A stretch of DNA of 64,000 bases from a bacterium (GCA_963681965.1 OY820579.1:4000001-4064000), one strand, 5' to 3'. Positions 41,075-51,222 are shown, numbered from the stretch's first letter. The notes: a model not told the origin generated them from the letters alone. Made by a program: numbers and translations.

Positions 41075-41778
41075 TTCACACCTTCTTCAATCAATCGCTT
41101 CGATTTGGCATCGAGGTGATTCACGGCTGCGAGGATTGTACGAAGATTGCCTTTCGTACCGGATTGCTGTTTGATTTTTTCCGGAGCAAATCCCATACGT
41201 CCCGTGCGCAACATTTTAATACCCAATCCCAACGACTTGAACATCGCGAACGGATTCGATTTCATCACCGCGATGCTGATCAACAATCCCTCGGTTGTTC
41301 GACCGTATTGCAATACTTGCGCAAAGAACTCTTCCGCAAGAATTGGAATCGGGAACCGCTTCTTGTACACCTTCTCTTGAATGGCTTTCTGCTTGATCGA
41401 GTACATGATGTCGGTGATTTTGATCTCGCGTGGGCACTCAACGGTGCAAGCATAGCAGGAGGCACAAAGCCAGGTGGTGTAGCTGGTAAGCACTTCGCCT
41501 TTGAATCCGGCGCGAACCATACCGATGATGCGACGCGGCGAGTATTCCATGTAACTACTGAGTGGACAAAGAGCACTGCAATTTCCGCATTGAATGCAGG
41601 AAAACAGTTTCTCGCCGCCCGGTAGTGACGCGATTTCGCGCCCGAAGTTCGGATCAACCTCGGCTTGATACTTTACTTTTTTCCAACCCTTCCATTCCAT
41701 ATTCGGAGCCTTCTTTGGAGCTGTTGAAGTGATTACTTGTATGGAACTCGATGATAATTCGTTCACAAAGTCGCGCAA
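41071..41778 (-). CDS. hdrC: Heterodisulfide reductase subunit C
   Basis: CIQCGNCSALCP and WLCASCYACTVECP. Start is probably TTG at 41778 (GGAGG RBS); ATG at 41700 is an alternative. Confidence 0.88.
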   Translation of the reverse strand: MRDFVNELSSSSIQVITSTAPKKAPNMEWKGWKKVKYQAEVDPNFGREIASLPGGEKLFSCIQCGNCSALCPLSSYMEYSPRRIIGMVRAGFKGEVLTSYTTWLCASCYACTVECPREIKITDIMYSIKQKAIQEKVYKKRFPIPILAEEFFAQVLQYGRTTEGLLISIAVMKSNPFAMFKSLGLGIKMLRTGRMGFAPEKIKQQSGTKGNLRTILAAVNHLDAKSKRLIEEGVK

Positions 41779-41942
41779 ACGCACCTCCCTGGAACCGTCA
41801 TTACGGCTCATTGGAGCTAAACTGTCACGAGTACGAAATTGGATCGTAGGCGGACAAAACGCGAAGAGGCGGATTCGCAGGAGACTTAATGGAGAATATC
41901 TAGAGTCAGTCAAACAAGAGTATGATCGAATGACTGTAAAAA

Positions 41943-41958
41943 TGTGAACTGCTTCACA
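41943..41958. promoter_or_regulatory. Rex-like (or CRP/FNR-family) operator upstream of hdrC
   Basis: Perfect palindromic core TGTGAA-CTGC-TTCACA. Overlaps a candidate minus-strand promoter (TTCACA-N18-CATACT). Confidence 0.65.
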
Positions 41959-42281
41959 CTCAAAGAACGATTCGTCTTCCGCGGATAAGATAACAAACCC
42001 AATTCATTAGGGCAAATCGAAGATAAATCATTAAATATCAAAATTCCTACATATGAATGCGTATATATTCAACGGATACACTCTTTTGGTCAGTTTGTGA
42101 ATAAGTATTGTAACTTGATGGTTTTTCTAATGATTCGAAATATTTGTCAGGTGTTTGCGGAATTTCTCTTGAGGAGTAACCTAGGTCTTTATAAAAAAAC
42201 GATTTTGTATTTTTGAGAGGATTGATAAGACGCTGAATTTCGATGGAGGAATCCAAAAATTCGCAATAAATACTCCGCGAA

Positions 42282-45200
42282 CTATTTCACAACCGCCATC
42301 TTCTTCAGTGCAGTGAACGTTCCACTCTCCAGCCGGTAGAAATACATCCCGCTCGACAATTTTCCGGCATCGAATCGGATAGAGTGATACCCTGCCGGTA
42401 AATTTGTTTTCACTAAAGTCTCAGCGGTACGTCCGAGGACGTCGAACACAGTCAATTTCGTAAAACCAGCTACGGGCAGATCAAACCTGATTTCGGTCAT
42501 GGGGTTGAATGGATTCGGAAAATTCTGATGTAAAGCATATTCGGTAGGAAGCGCTGGATTCGTTTCGACCGCCTCAGTCGTCACCGAAACCATGACGGGA
42601 AGCGTGAGTAAGTCCGGACAGGCATTGCTCCGCAGCTCGATACTCCCTACCAGATTGATTGGTGGAACGACCGCCTGATCGATTTTCGTACTAACGAGAA
42701 ACGTTGCGCTCTCGAGTGGATGAATGATTCCTTCCGGTGGATTGATACTTAACCAGGAATCCCAGCCGCCTCCGGTATGGGTTGTATCGTTGAACGATAT
42801 GGCATATTGATCGAGCATCAGCGGAAATGATGTATTGACACTGTAATAACATTGCAACACCCGGTCGAATTCGCCTAGCTCGCCTTGAATACCGATCGTC
42901 GCCGAGAGATGATCGATGTCGACGTGCCGGTAGACGAAAACAATCGCGTTGTTGTCCCCGTGGAGCTGTACTTGAAAATCGACGGAATCGGATCGAACCG
43001 CGGCAAGAACGCCACGCCACTGGACGTAATAAATATTCTCACCGGCATCGTAGTGGTTATAGACCGCAGTATTCAATACCGAATGGAGCACAAAGACACC
43101 ATTGGTAATCAATATATTCGGCAAAGCGACTGGCGTTCGAGAAGTCGATCCATTTGTAACAAATTGAATAAATCCGTTGGTCGATACCCACAATCGCTGA
43201 ACGCGCTGACCGTAATATCGAAAACTGAAATCATAAATTGGCAGCACGGTGCCGTTATCGAATCCATTCACCGAATTGATGCCGAAGTTACTGATATCGC
43301 GAAATCGTAAGAAATTCGGCCACTCCGGCGAGGTGTTATCCATCGCGATATACCCATACCCATCGGGACCCCAAACACGATTAAGTTCATCGATGCTGCT
43401 GGATCGCGGTTTAGGCAGAGCAGTACGGCTCGCATTTTCAAATCGCGATTTCTTTGGTGCTGTTTGTTGAATAAGAGTAGTCAATTCATCGGCAATTGTT
43501 CTAACAACAGCGTTTCCACTACGATGAGAATCAGAATTTCGCAATAAATCGGTGCCGGTGGTCGCCTTTCCGCGCCAGTACAGTTCTGCATTGCCGGTAT
43601 TGAAAATCGTAACGGAAGTGGAGCGGGTTTCACCAGGGGAACTCGCCAATTCGAGCGAACTGGTGTTAAGCGAAATTGTAGGCCGACTAGCCCAGAAATT
43701 TACATTACAAATCTGCCCCGAATCGACAGCGATGCGAATCGAATCGGTTCGATAACAGCTTTTCATAAATAAGATCGTATGGTTACCCGACCGCACGCGG
43801 AGTTCGTAATGTCCCGATTCGTCGGTTGTGTCGGTTTGTCGATCAATGGTGATCAATGCTCCGGTAACAGGAGCGGAAGCACTGGTCGTATCGACTACCA
43901 ATCCTCGAACGATGCCAAAGGAAACTCCTCGAAATATTCCTTCATCGGCACCGATATCGCAATTTGGTGTGCTACGAGCGCTGCCGTCGAAATCGATCGA
44001 TACTTGCGGATGCGAGGGTGCGCCTTGTTCTACTGCAGTCGAGATCGTTGAATCAAGATGTAGATCGGTGCTCGATAAAAACGGCACAGGTTCCGATCGG
44101 GATAACTGATCGCGGGGTATCCAGCGCGGAGAAGAGATCAGATCGGATAGCGAATTGTAGCTCAAATCGCCGAGGAATCCGAGATAACAATTGTCGAATA
44201 TATCGTCATTAAGTACGGAAAGTAAATTGTAATCGCTGAAAATGGACCGGTTCGGATTCGAGATTCCGAGCGCAACATGTACTGAGTTCGGACCGGAATT
44301 TCCCCTGCGATTGTTAACCAGAATATTGCCCCAGAGTGTGTCGGTTCCGAGGTTGGCATTGCCGCGAAATGCGTAGCTGCTGCTGTTCAACGCTGTGCCT
44401 TGTAGCCGCACGGAATTGAACAAGAAGCGATTGCCGCCACTCGCCGATGTTTCGAGCAAACCACTGATCGTACCAACGCTATTCGACCCTAAGTCGATCA
44501 TGTTGTTGGCAAAGCGATTCATCGAACCGGCACAGCGAATTCCCACTACGGAAGCATTACCGCTGGAATAAAATTGACCGATGTAATTTCGGTCGAAGGT
44601 CGAGTGATTGATATCGTTTAGTAAACTGATTCCGGTCTGAGTAAATCCAAAGGAGACACCCGTTTGATAAATGCGATTGCGACTTACATCGAGGTTGGTT
44701 CCATAACTTAACGCAATCCCAAAACTGCCGAAATCGACTATTTCGCAATTGCGAATCGTCGTTTCATTGATTGGTTGTAACGCTGTTCCGCAATGATAGA
44801 TCCCGTAATTCCCGCCATGCAATTCGCACTGCTCGATCCGATTATCAGACAATGCCAGCGACGATCCACCAGTCGGATTTCCGAATCGGATGCAAGCAGC
44901 AGAATTATCCGATTGTTGAGTCAGATTGATTCGTAGATTCCGGATCGTGTTGTGACTGGCGCGATCGGCGAACCAGATTCCCGATATTGCTTGCGGGGCT
45001 TCGAGGAGAATATGACGGTTACTATCATTCGGGAACCAACTGCCATCGAATTCAACAAATTCCGATCGTAACGTTATCGCTGCCGAATCGCTGCCGAGAT
45101 GTGTATTGACGATCTGTACCGTAGCACCGGAATCAACCCGGAAGATGGCACGACGATTTTCCGAGAGGCGTGCCGCGATTGTCATTTCCGGTTCCGAATA

Positions 45201-48173
45201 GACCCCATTGCGAAGCAGGAAGATCACTCCTCCATCGGCAACAGCGATGGCATTCAATGCGGTAATCGCATCGGATATCGTATTGAAATCGGGAGTGGAT
45301 CCACCAATTGTGTAACTGCCACTCAGTTGGGATGAAACATAGAATGAATAACGATTTGCCGGTGGTTGTGTGCCGGGTGGATTGAAACCCGATCCCCCTT
45401 CCGGAAGCGTGATGCTATTTCCCGAGCTGTCTTGTGCTGCAAGATAGTATTCCACAAGGAATCGCATCGGAAACGCCGGGAAGGTGAAATAGAACAGTGA
45501 ATCGGATTGCACCGAATCGGATAAGAGACTCTCCCAAACGAGCTGCGGCAAAATTCGATAGAAGACGCGGGGGCTTGCATTACCGCCTGCTACACCGACA
45601 TTGTCATAGATCACAGCCTGAAATGATCGCGGTTGCGATACGTACCAAGTGGTTAGTGGCTGAAACAAAATATGTGGTGGAGTATGATCGGCAACACTGG
45701 TGAAAATACCCTCGTCGGCGCCGAGATCGGGGTGAAAACGATTGCGAAGATCACCATCGAAATCGGTCGTTATCGATTCGATTGATAGCGCTGCTCCTTC
45801 GACTACTGTTGGCAGTGAAGGATCGATATGTAAATCCGACACACCAGCGAAATGTGGTGGCGTGGAATACGAATTGGCATCCCACCGGTACGCAGTCGAT
45901 CGGTGTAAATCGCTGAGTGTATTGTAATTCACACTATTGTACCGCACGGCAAATCGGTTGTCGGAAGCCGACGTATCAACCGAAGTGAGTAAATTGTAGT
46001 TGCAATATGTGGTCGGAGCAAAGGAATAGCAGCTCATCGCAGTATGATATTGCGCGGCAGCTCCACCGGTACGTTCATTCACCAGAATATTGTTGGCGAT
46101 ACTATCGGAACTCGATCCGGAGATATACAGTGCCGCCGAAACTGCCGATGCCAGCGTGGTGCTGCCACCGATCCGAACCGTATTGTACCAGACATTGGTT
46201 CGATCAATTCCTAGATAGATTCCATAGACATTGCCACCGCCCGGCGAATCGAGGCAAATCATGTTATTCGAAATCGTTTTACCGACTCCGTTGAACGAGT
46301 AAATTCCGTAATACGAACCCGACTGACTCCCCTGAAAACCGTAGATCCAATTCGCATCGATCATCGTAGTACTCGGCAGATACGACGTGTACGATATGCC
46401 GGTTAAACCAGTATTCGCCGCAGTAATTCGATAGATCTGATTGTGGTGAATTGTAAAGTTGGTTCCGGATCGAATATTAATACCGGTATTCTCGAAATTC
46501 ACAATTTCATTGTCGGCAATCACCCAGCGATCCGGTTCAATTCCCGGTCCTGCCGATGTGCAATTGATGTCGATTCCAGTTGCGACATTCCGAATCGAAC
46601 AGTGTTGAATTGTACACCGATCCGATACTTGATGCAGTGGCGACGACGTAGTGTACGTTGCCTTCACACCCGCACTGGAGGCACCTGCAGCAGAAATGAT
46701 CAAATTGGCTAGCGTGATCTCGCTACAGCCGTTGGCGATGAGAAAACTACTTGTTGCTTGAGCCGACTGCGCATTCACTTGCATGAAACGACGTCCGGGT
46801 GCTTCGATGCGGCTGCCATCGAACCGGATGTGATGAACGCCGCTGAATTTGAATCCGTAAGGTTCCGCAGTCGTGCACTGTTTATTGATCACAACCAGCG
46901 TGCTGTCGGCGGGACGGAAGACAACTGGCGCCGTTTCCGAAGCATGGATACCGCTTGCAAACGAATCGGGAGGTTCAGTATAAGTTCCACCTCGGATCAA
47001 GAATTCAACTCCCGTTCGCGTTCCTTCTCGATTCAGTGCGGTGATTGCGGCATGCAGCGAGGGATAGTCGCCATTTACGCCACCGATGGTGCGTGTTCCA
47101 TTGATGCCATCGGATACCGTTTGAAACGACCAGACCGGATTCGCAATGCTATTCCCGATATCATCGCGACTGACAATCCGCCAATAGTAGCTCGTGTTCG
47201 TTATCAACTCAGTTGGCACCGTCCAAAACGTGTCGGTTAGTGCAGAAACGACACAGACAGAAGGATCCAATCCGGCAACCAGCGAGGAATCGGTTGAGAA
47301 GTATACCGCGCAGGTTTGTGTACAGGATCCATTCGACCAGCGCAGCACGGGAGTCGTCGAAACCAATGTCGAGCCAGATTCCGGGACGGGTGTCGTCGAC
47401 AGATAACACGGTTGCGAGATCTTCACGACATAGTGTTCGGCAACACTCACATCCCGAATCGCAATCGAATGCGATCCATCGAAATTCTGCATCCCGATGG
47501 TGGTGATCGGCAGCGTGCCGGACAAATCGCGGTATTGAATGATAATACTGCCATCCGGAGTGAGTATCAGTTGGGTTGAAAAAGTCGTGCGATTCAGCGT
47601 CGATGTATCGCCGATACTATCGATCGTGAGCACAAATCGCGCAGGATTTTCGAGATTCTCGCAGTGAATGACTGTCGAATTTTCGACTAATTGGAGGTCA
47701 TTCGATTGGAAGAGGATGCAGCTTCCGAAATTTCCATCGGGAAAGTTGCTATTGAATGGACTTGATGAACCGGCATCGAAGGTCAGATACCCATTGGTTC
47801 CGATATAACATTGCGAATAGAGCGACCCGTAGAGTGGAAAGGAAAAGCCGATACTGATTGGTCCGGTAAAGCCATCATTCCGGTTTGGCGAGAATACCGA
47901 TTGCGGAATGGTCTGCGCATTTGTACCCGGTTCGATCCATTGAAACGCTGGTCCATAGGGTTCGTGCGAATCCTGTAGCAGATAACCAAAGGAATCCGGA
48001 CCGGCAAATTGCATGATCGAATTTCCGGGATCCAGCGGCGGACGTGATTGATCGTATTGGGATGAAAATGGGGTAAGAGAAGCGTTGAGAGAGTGGGCTA
48101 ATGACGCTGAAAGCGAATGAGATATTACTCCTAATAGTAAGATTAGTAAAAACTTGAACCGATTCCAGTACAT
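42282..48173 (-). CDS. Large secreted protein with two parallel beta-helix modules, nidogen-like GPDxGY domains, a carboxypeptidase-regulatory-like domain and a T9SS-type CTD
   Basis: Start MYWNRF with GAGG RBS; the duplicated module ends DLH.D...DFDG..R...D.GADEGIF; C-terminal QNFPNPFNP...SGMYFYRLE...KKMAVVK. Confidence 0.83.
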   Translation of the reverse strand: MYWNRFKFLLILLLGVISHSLSASLAHSLNASLTPFSSQYDQSRPPLDPGNSIMQFAGPDSFGYLLQDSHEPYGPAFQWIEPGTNAQTIPQSVFSPNRNDGFTGPISIGFSFPLYGSLYSQCYIGTNGYLTFDAGSSSPFNSNFPDGNFGSCILFQSNDLQLVENSTVIHCENLENPARFVLTIDSIGDTSTLNRTTFSTQLILTPDGSIIIQYRDLSGTLPITTIGMQNFDGSHSIAIRDVSVAEHYVVKISQPCYLSTTPVPESGSTLVSTTPVLRWSNGSCTQTCAVYFSTDSSLVAGLDPSVCVVSALTDTFWTVPTELITNTSYYWRIVSRDDIGNSIANPVWSFQTVSDGINGTRTIGGVNGDYPSLHAAITALNREGTRTGVEFLIRGGTYTEPPDSFASGIHASETAPVVFRPADSTLVVINKQCTTAEPYGFKFSGVHHIRFDGSRIEAPGRRFMQVNAQSAQATSSFLIANGCSEITLANLIISAAGASSAGVKATYTTSSPLHQVSDRCTIQHCSIRNVATGIDINCTSAGPGIEPDRWVIADNEIVNFENTGINIRSGTNFTIHHNQIYRITAANTGLTGISYTSYLPSTTMIDANWIYGFQGSQSGSYYGIYSFNGVGKTISNNMICLDSPGGGNVYGIYLGIDRTNVWYNTVRIGGSTTLASAVSAALYISGSSSDSIANNILVNERTGGAAAQYHTAMSCYSFAPTTYCNYNLLTSVDTSASDNRFAVRYNSVNYNTLSDLHRSTAYRWDANSYSTPPHFAGVSDLHIDPSLPTVVEGAALSIESITTDFDGDLRNRFHPDLGADEGIFTSVADHTPPHILFQPLTTWYVSQPRSFQAVIYDNVGVAGGNASPRVFYRILPQLVWESLLSDSVQSDSLFYFTFPAFPMRFLVEYYLAAQDSSGNSITLPEGGSGFNPPGTQPPANRYSFYVSSQLSGSYTIGGSTPDFNTISDAITALNAIAVADGGVIFLLRNGVYSEPEMTIAARLSENRRAIFRVDSGATVQIVNTHLGSDSAAITLRSEFVEFDGSWFPNDSNRHILLEAPQAISGIWFADRASHNTIRNLRINLTQQSDNSAACIRFGNPTGGSSLALSDNRIEQCELHGGNYGIYHCGTALQPINETTIRNCEIVDFGSFGIALSYGTNLDVSRNRIYQTGVSFGFTQTGISLLNDINHSTFDRNYIGQFYSSGNASVVGIRCAGSMNRFANNMIDLGSNSVGTISGLLETSASGGNRFLFNSVRLQGTALNSSSYAFRGNANLGTDTLWGNILVNNRRGNSGPNSVHVALGISNPNRSIFSDYNLLSVLNDDIFDNCYLGFLGDLSYNSLSDLISSPRWIPRDQLSRSEPVPFLSSTDLHLDSTISTAVEQGAPSHPQVSIDFDGSARSTPNCDIGADEGIFRGVSFGIVRGLVVDTTSASAPVTGALITIDRQTDTTDESGHYELRVRSGNHTILFMKSCYRTDSIRIAVDSGQICNVNFWASRPTISLNTSSLELASSPGETRSTSVTIFNTGNAELYWRGKATTGTDLLRNSDSHRSGNAVVRTIADELTTLIQQTAPKKSRFENASRTALPKPRSSSIDELNRVWGPDGYGYIAMDNTSPEWPNFLRFRDISNFGINSVNGFDNGTVLPIYDFSFRYYGQRVQRLWVSTNGFIQFVTNGSTSRTPVALPNILITNGVFVLHSVLNTAVYNHYDAGENIYYVQWRGVLAAVRSDSVDFQVQLHGDNNAIVFVYRHVDIDHLSATIGIQGELGEFDRVLQCYYSVNTSFPLMLDQYAISFNDTTHTGGGWDSWLSINPPEGIIHPLESATFLVSTKIDQAVVPPINLVGSIELRSNACPDLLTLPVMVSVTTEAVETNPALPTEYALHQNFPNPFNPMTEIRFDLPVAGFTKLTVFDVLGRTAETLVKTNLPAGYHSIRFDAGKLSSGMYFYRLESGTFTALKKMAVVK

Positions 48174-48624
48174 CGCGCCATCCTCAAGCATCATTGAAAT
48201 ATACTAGCGAACCGGGCAGGTTTCCAGAGGAAGTCGAGAAATTTCGAAATTATTATCTTTATTGAATGTACGTTGATGTCACAGAACGGTGTTCCCTTCA
48301 ATCACGCACAATTTACCTGAAGCAAGTATCAAAGGTTGGTCATTCAAGTATCATAGATGTTCGATTTTACCGCAACAACACAATTCGTCGCAATTGCGTT
48401 GCGTTGGTTTGTTGGATGACCAGAAAGTAAATACCCGATGAAACAGGGATACCATCCGTACTACAGCCATCCCAGTGGATCTTAGTACTGCCGATTCGCT
48501 TCGGGATGGAAATGGGTTTCGATACGCCATGGCTTGGTCTCGGGAATTCGTACTCATCAATTTACCGACTAAGTATTATCAATCCCACTGAAATTTGGGA
48601 ATAAATAAATTTTCTACTAATACG

Positions 48625-48830
48625 CTGCGTAGGCGAACCGCGAAATGCTCGCCGAAGGCAATCTCCGCTTGTGTCTTGGATTCTTTTAAAAGCGAAGATT
48701 ACCTTCGGTGAGCCCTTCGGGGTTGCTTCGTCACTTTGCCCGCACAAGGTTGCGGGCGTCGTTCCTCGCAAAGACAAATCAAGATTCAAGATAAAAGATT
48801 CAAGAACGGGGGCATGCGGGGATGCCCCCA
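48625..48830. repeat. Intergenic cluster of palindromic (REP/RPE-like) sequences
   Basis: TGCTCGCCGAAGGCAATC at 48646 also occurs at 32360 inside the SBBP gene. TTGCTTCGTC...TTCCTCGCAAAGAC resembles RPE-like element ends. GGGGGCATGCGGGGATGCCCCCA hairpin. Confidence 0.55.
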
Positions 48831-48885
48831 AATGAAAAAGGGCTACCGAAGCAGCCCATTCTCTTACGAATACTTGTAGAATACT

Positions 48886-50844
48886 CTACATCTCACTCTC
48901 GGCACTGCCGTAACCAAGATGATTGCACACCTTCAGATCGCGACGATCCAATTCCTCGATCAATTTCTCGGTCTGCTCGCTGTCCATCTCGATGTGTAAA
49001 AACCGGTAGACCTCTTTCGACATGTTCACATATTCAATCACCCGAATCTCTTTTTTCGCGTCGGCGGAAGCGTTACGTTCCCACAACAGCAATGCGATCC
49101 TTGTTCCCGGCGTAAGATTGCGGAACATCTTCTGCACCGCATCGGCAGCCATTCCGGGCGGTTCTTCGCCAACGGGCGACAAACCACGGCGCGATAGTTT
49201 TGCACCAATCTCCAGACTGGCATATTTCACGCCGGTTGTTTCGTCTTCGACGTCGTATTGTCCTTCGACCAATTGCTCGATCCGGGCAGCATCCATCCGC
49301 AACGCATACTCAATCCGCAGAATTCGACACTCGATTTCGTGTTCTTCCGGTCGCAGTGCCGGGAATAGCACTACATCGCGCAACGTCGGTTGTTGCAGCA
49401 ACCACATGCAGAGACGATCCAGACCCATGCCGAGACCGGCTGTCGGCGGCATCCCGCATTCCAGTGCAAACAGATAGTCTTCATCCATCGGTTGCGTTTC
49501 CGCTTCGCCGCGTGCCCGATTCTTGCGCTGCCCTTCAAACCGTTCGCGCTGATCGACCGGGTCATTCAACTCGCTGAAGCAATTCGCCAATTCCTTACCG
49601 CCGACAATCACTTCGAACCGCTCCACCAATTCCGGATCGTCGCGATGTCGTCGCGCCAACGGCGAAAGCGAGAGCGGATAATCCATCACGAAAGTTGGTT
49701 GAATTAATTTCGGTTCGACCAATTCACCGAACAATTCATCGAGCAATTTCCCGACGCCTGCCAACGGTGGAATTTCCAACTTGTGTTCTTTGAAAATTGA
49801 AATCAGCACCGCTTCATCGGCACGTTTCAGATCTTTTCCAGTCGCTTGCTCCAAGAGGTCGAAGAACTTTGCGCGTCGCCACGGTCCGGCAAAATCGATC
49901 TCGACCTCGCCATACGGAATCTTCGTCGAACCGTTCACTGCCAGCGCGACATACGAAATCATCTCTTCAAACAGATTGCACGCTTCGAGATAATCCGCGA
50001 ATGCCCAGTAAAATTCCAGCATCGTGAATTCGGGTGAATGGAAGCGATCGACCCCTTCGTTGCGGAAGTCTTTGCCGATTTCGTATACGCGCGGCAACCC
50101 GCCTACGATCAGTCGTTTCAGATACAGCTCATCGGCGATGCGGAGATAGAGTTTCTGCTTCAGTTCGTTGTGATAGGTGGTAAAGGGACGCGCCAACGCA
50201 CCACCGTACAACGGTTGCAAGATCGGTGTTTCGACTTCGATGAAACCACGTTCGTCGAGAAATCGTCGCAGCGACGAAACAATTTTTGCGCGCTTGATAA
50301 AGATGTCGCGCACTTCGCGATTGACTGCCAAGTCGATGTAACGTCGCCGGTAGCGTGCTTCCTGATCGCTGAATTCGTAGAATGTTTCGACCACCTGACC
50401 GGATTCGTCGCGCTTCTCTTTCACTGCCGGCAGCGGGCGAACGCATTTCGAGAGCAACGTCCACTCTTTCACCGCAAGTGTCTTTTCGCCAGTCTTGGTC
50501 GACATCAATACACCGCTGGCGCTTACCCAGTCGCCGATATCGACTTGCTTCCAGAGTTGATAGGAGTTCTCGCCGATCGTATCGCGCTTCACATACCATT
50601 GCAAGGCTCGCGTTTCATCTTCGATATGCGCGAAAGACGCTTTGCCCATATCGCGCACGGCGCGAATCCGTCCAGCCAGCTTGATTTCCCGCTGATCGGC
50701 AAACCAACCGTCAAACTGTTCGTGTACTTCCGCTGCGGTCGTGTCGCGATGCGCAATCGGCGGGTACGGATTTACTTGCGCCTGCCGAAATGCTTCCAAT
50801 TTCTTGCGACGCGATTCAATTAACTGTTTTTCACGCGATTCCAT
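48886..50844 (-). CDS. lysS: Lysine--tRNA ligase (class II) with a ~150-aa C-terminal extension
   Basis: MGKASF OB fold, RYRRRY.DL, EVETPIL, YLRIADELYLKRL, FRNEG, H.PEFTMLEFY, GMPPTAGLGMGLDRL. Confidence 0.95.
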   Translation of the reverse strand: MESREKQLIESRRKKLEAFRQAQVNPYPPIAHRDTTAAEVHEQFDGWFADQREIKLAGRIRAVRDMGKASFAHIEDETRALQWYVKRDTIGENSYQLWKQVDIGDWVSASGVLMSTKTGEKTLAVKEWTLLSKCVRPLPAVKEKRDESGQVVETFYEFSDQEARYRRRYIDLAVNREVRDIFIKRAKIVSSLRRFLDERGFIEVETPILQPLYGGALARPFTTYHNELKQKLYLRIADELYLKRLIVGGLPRVYEIGKDFRNEGVDRFHSPEFTMLEFYWAFADYLEACNLFEEMISYVALAVNGSTKIPYGEVEIDFAGPWRRAKFFDLLEQATGKDLKRADEAVLISIFKEHKLEIPPLAGVGKLLDELFGELVEPKLIQPTFVMDYPLSLSPLARRHRDDPELVERFEVIVGGKELANCFSELNDPVDQRERFEGQRKNRARGEAETQPMDEDYLFALECGMPPTAGLGMGLDRLCMWLLQQPTLRDVVLFPALRPEEHEIECRILRIEYALRMDAARIEQLVEGQYDVEDETTGVKYASLEIGAKLSRRGLSPVGEEPPGMAADAVQKMFRNLTPGTRIALLLWERNASADAKKEIRVIEYVNMSKEVYRFLHIEMDSEQTEKLIEELDRRDLKVCNHLGYGSAESEM

Positions 50845-50892
50845 AAGTCAACTCGTATCTGTTCCGGTCAATGTGTTTATGCGTTATAGTGG

Positions 50893-51031
50893 TTTTTGAA
50901 AATTAGTTGTCGTAATTCGGTGTTCGGCTTCGCCGAACATGTACAAACAAGAGTGTCTGTACCTACAAATACCTGTGGGCGGACACGGGGGTTCGCCCCT
51001 ACTACCGATAACAAATAATTTTCAAGAGATA
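50893..51031 (-). repeat. Miniature element copy D (carries a second REP)
   Basis: Reverse complement reads TATCTCTTGAAAATTATTTGTTATCGGTAGTAGGGGCGAACCCCCGTGTCCGCCC...GTAGGTACAGACACTCTTGT...CGACAACTAATTTTCAAAAA. Confidence 0.78.
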
Positions 51032-51222
51032 CTATCGCTTCTGCTTAGCCGAAGAATATACGAAAAATCGCAAGAGAGAACCGAAATTGCCCGTTAGATT
51101 TACCATTTCCATTCTACTCGCCAGCATAAGTATTTGTATAACATAAACTAACAAAATTATTGATCGAACAAAAAAGAGTGGAATTCACCCGAATTCCACT
51201 CTCGATTCCATGTCTCGAACTC

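Noticed and set aside
42047-42256. 69-aa ORF in the AT-rich spacer upstream of hdrC
   Set aside because: No motif or supporting context; likely chance.
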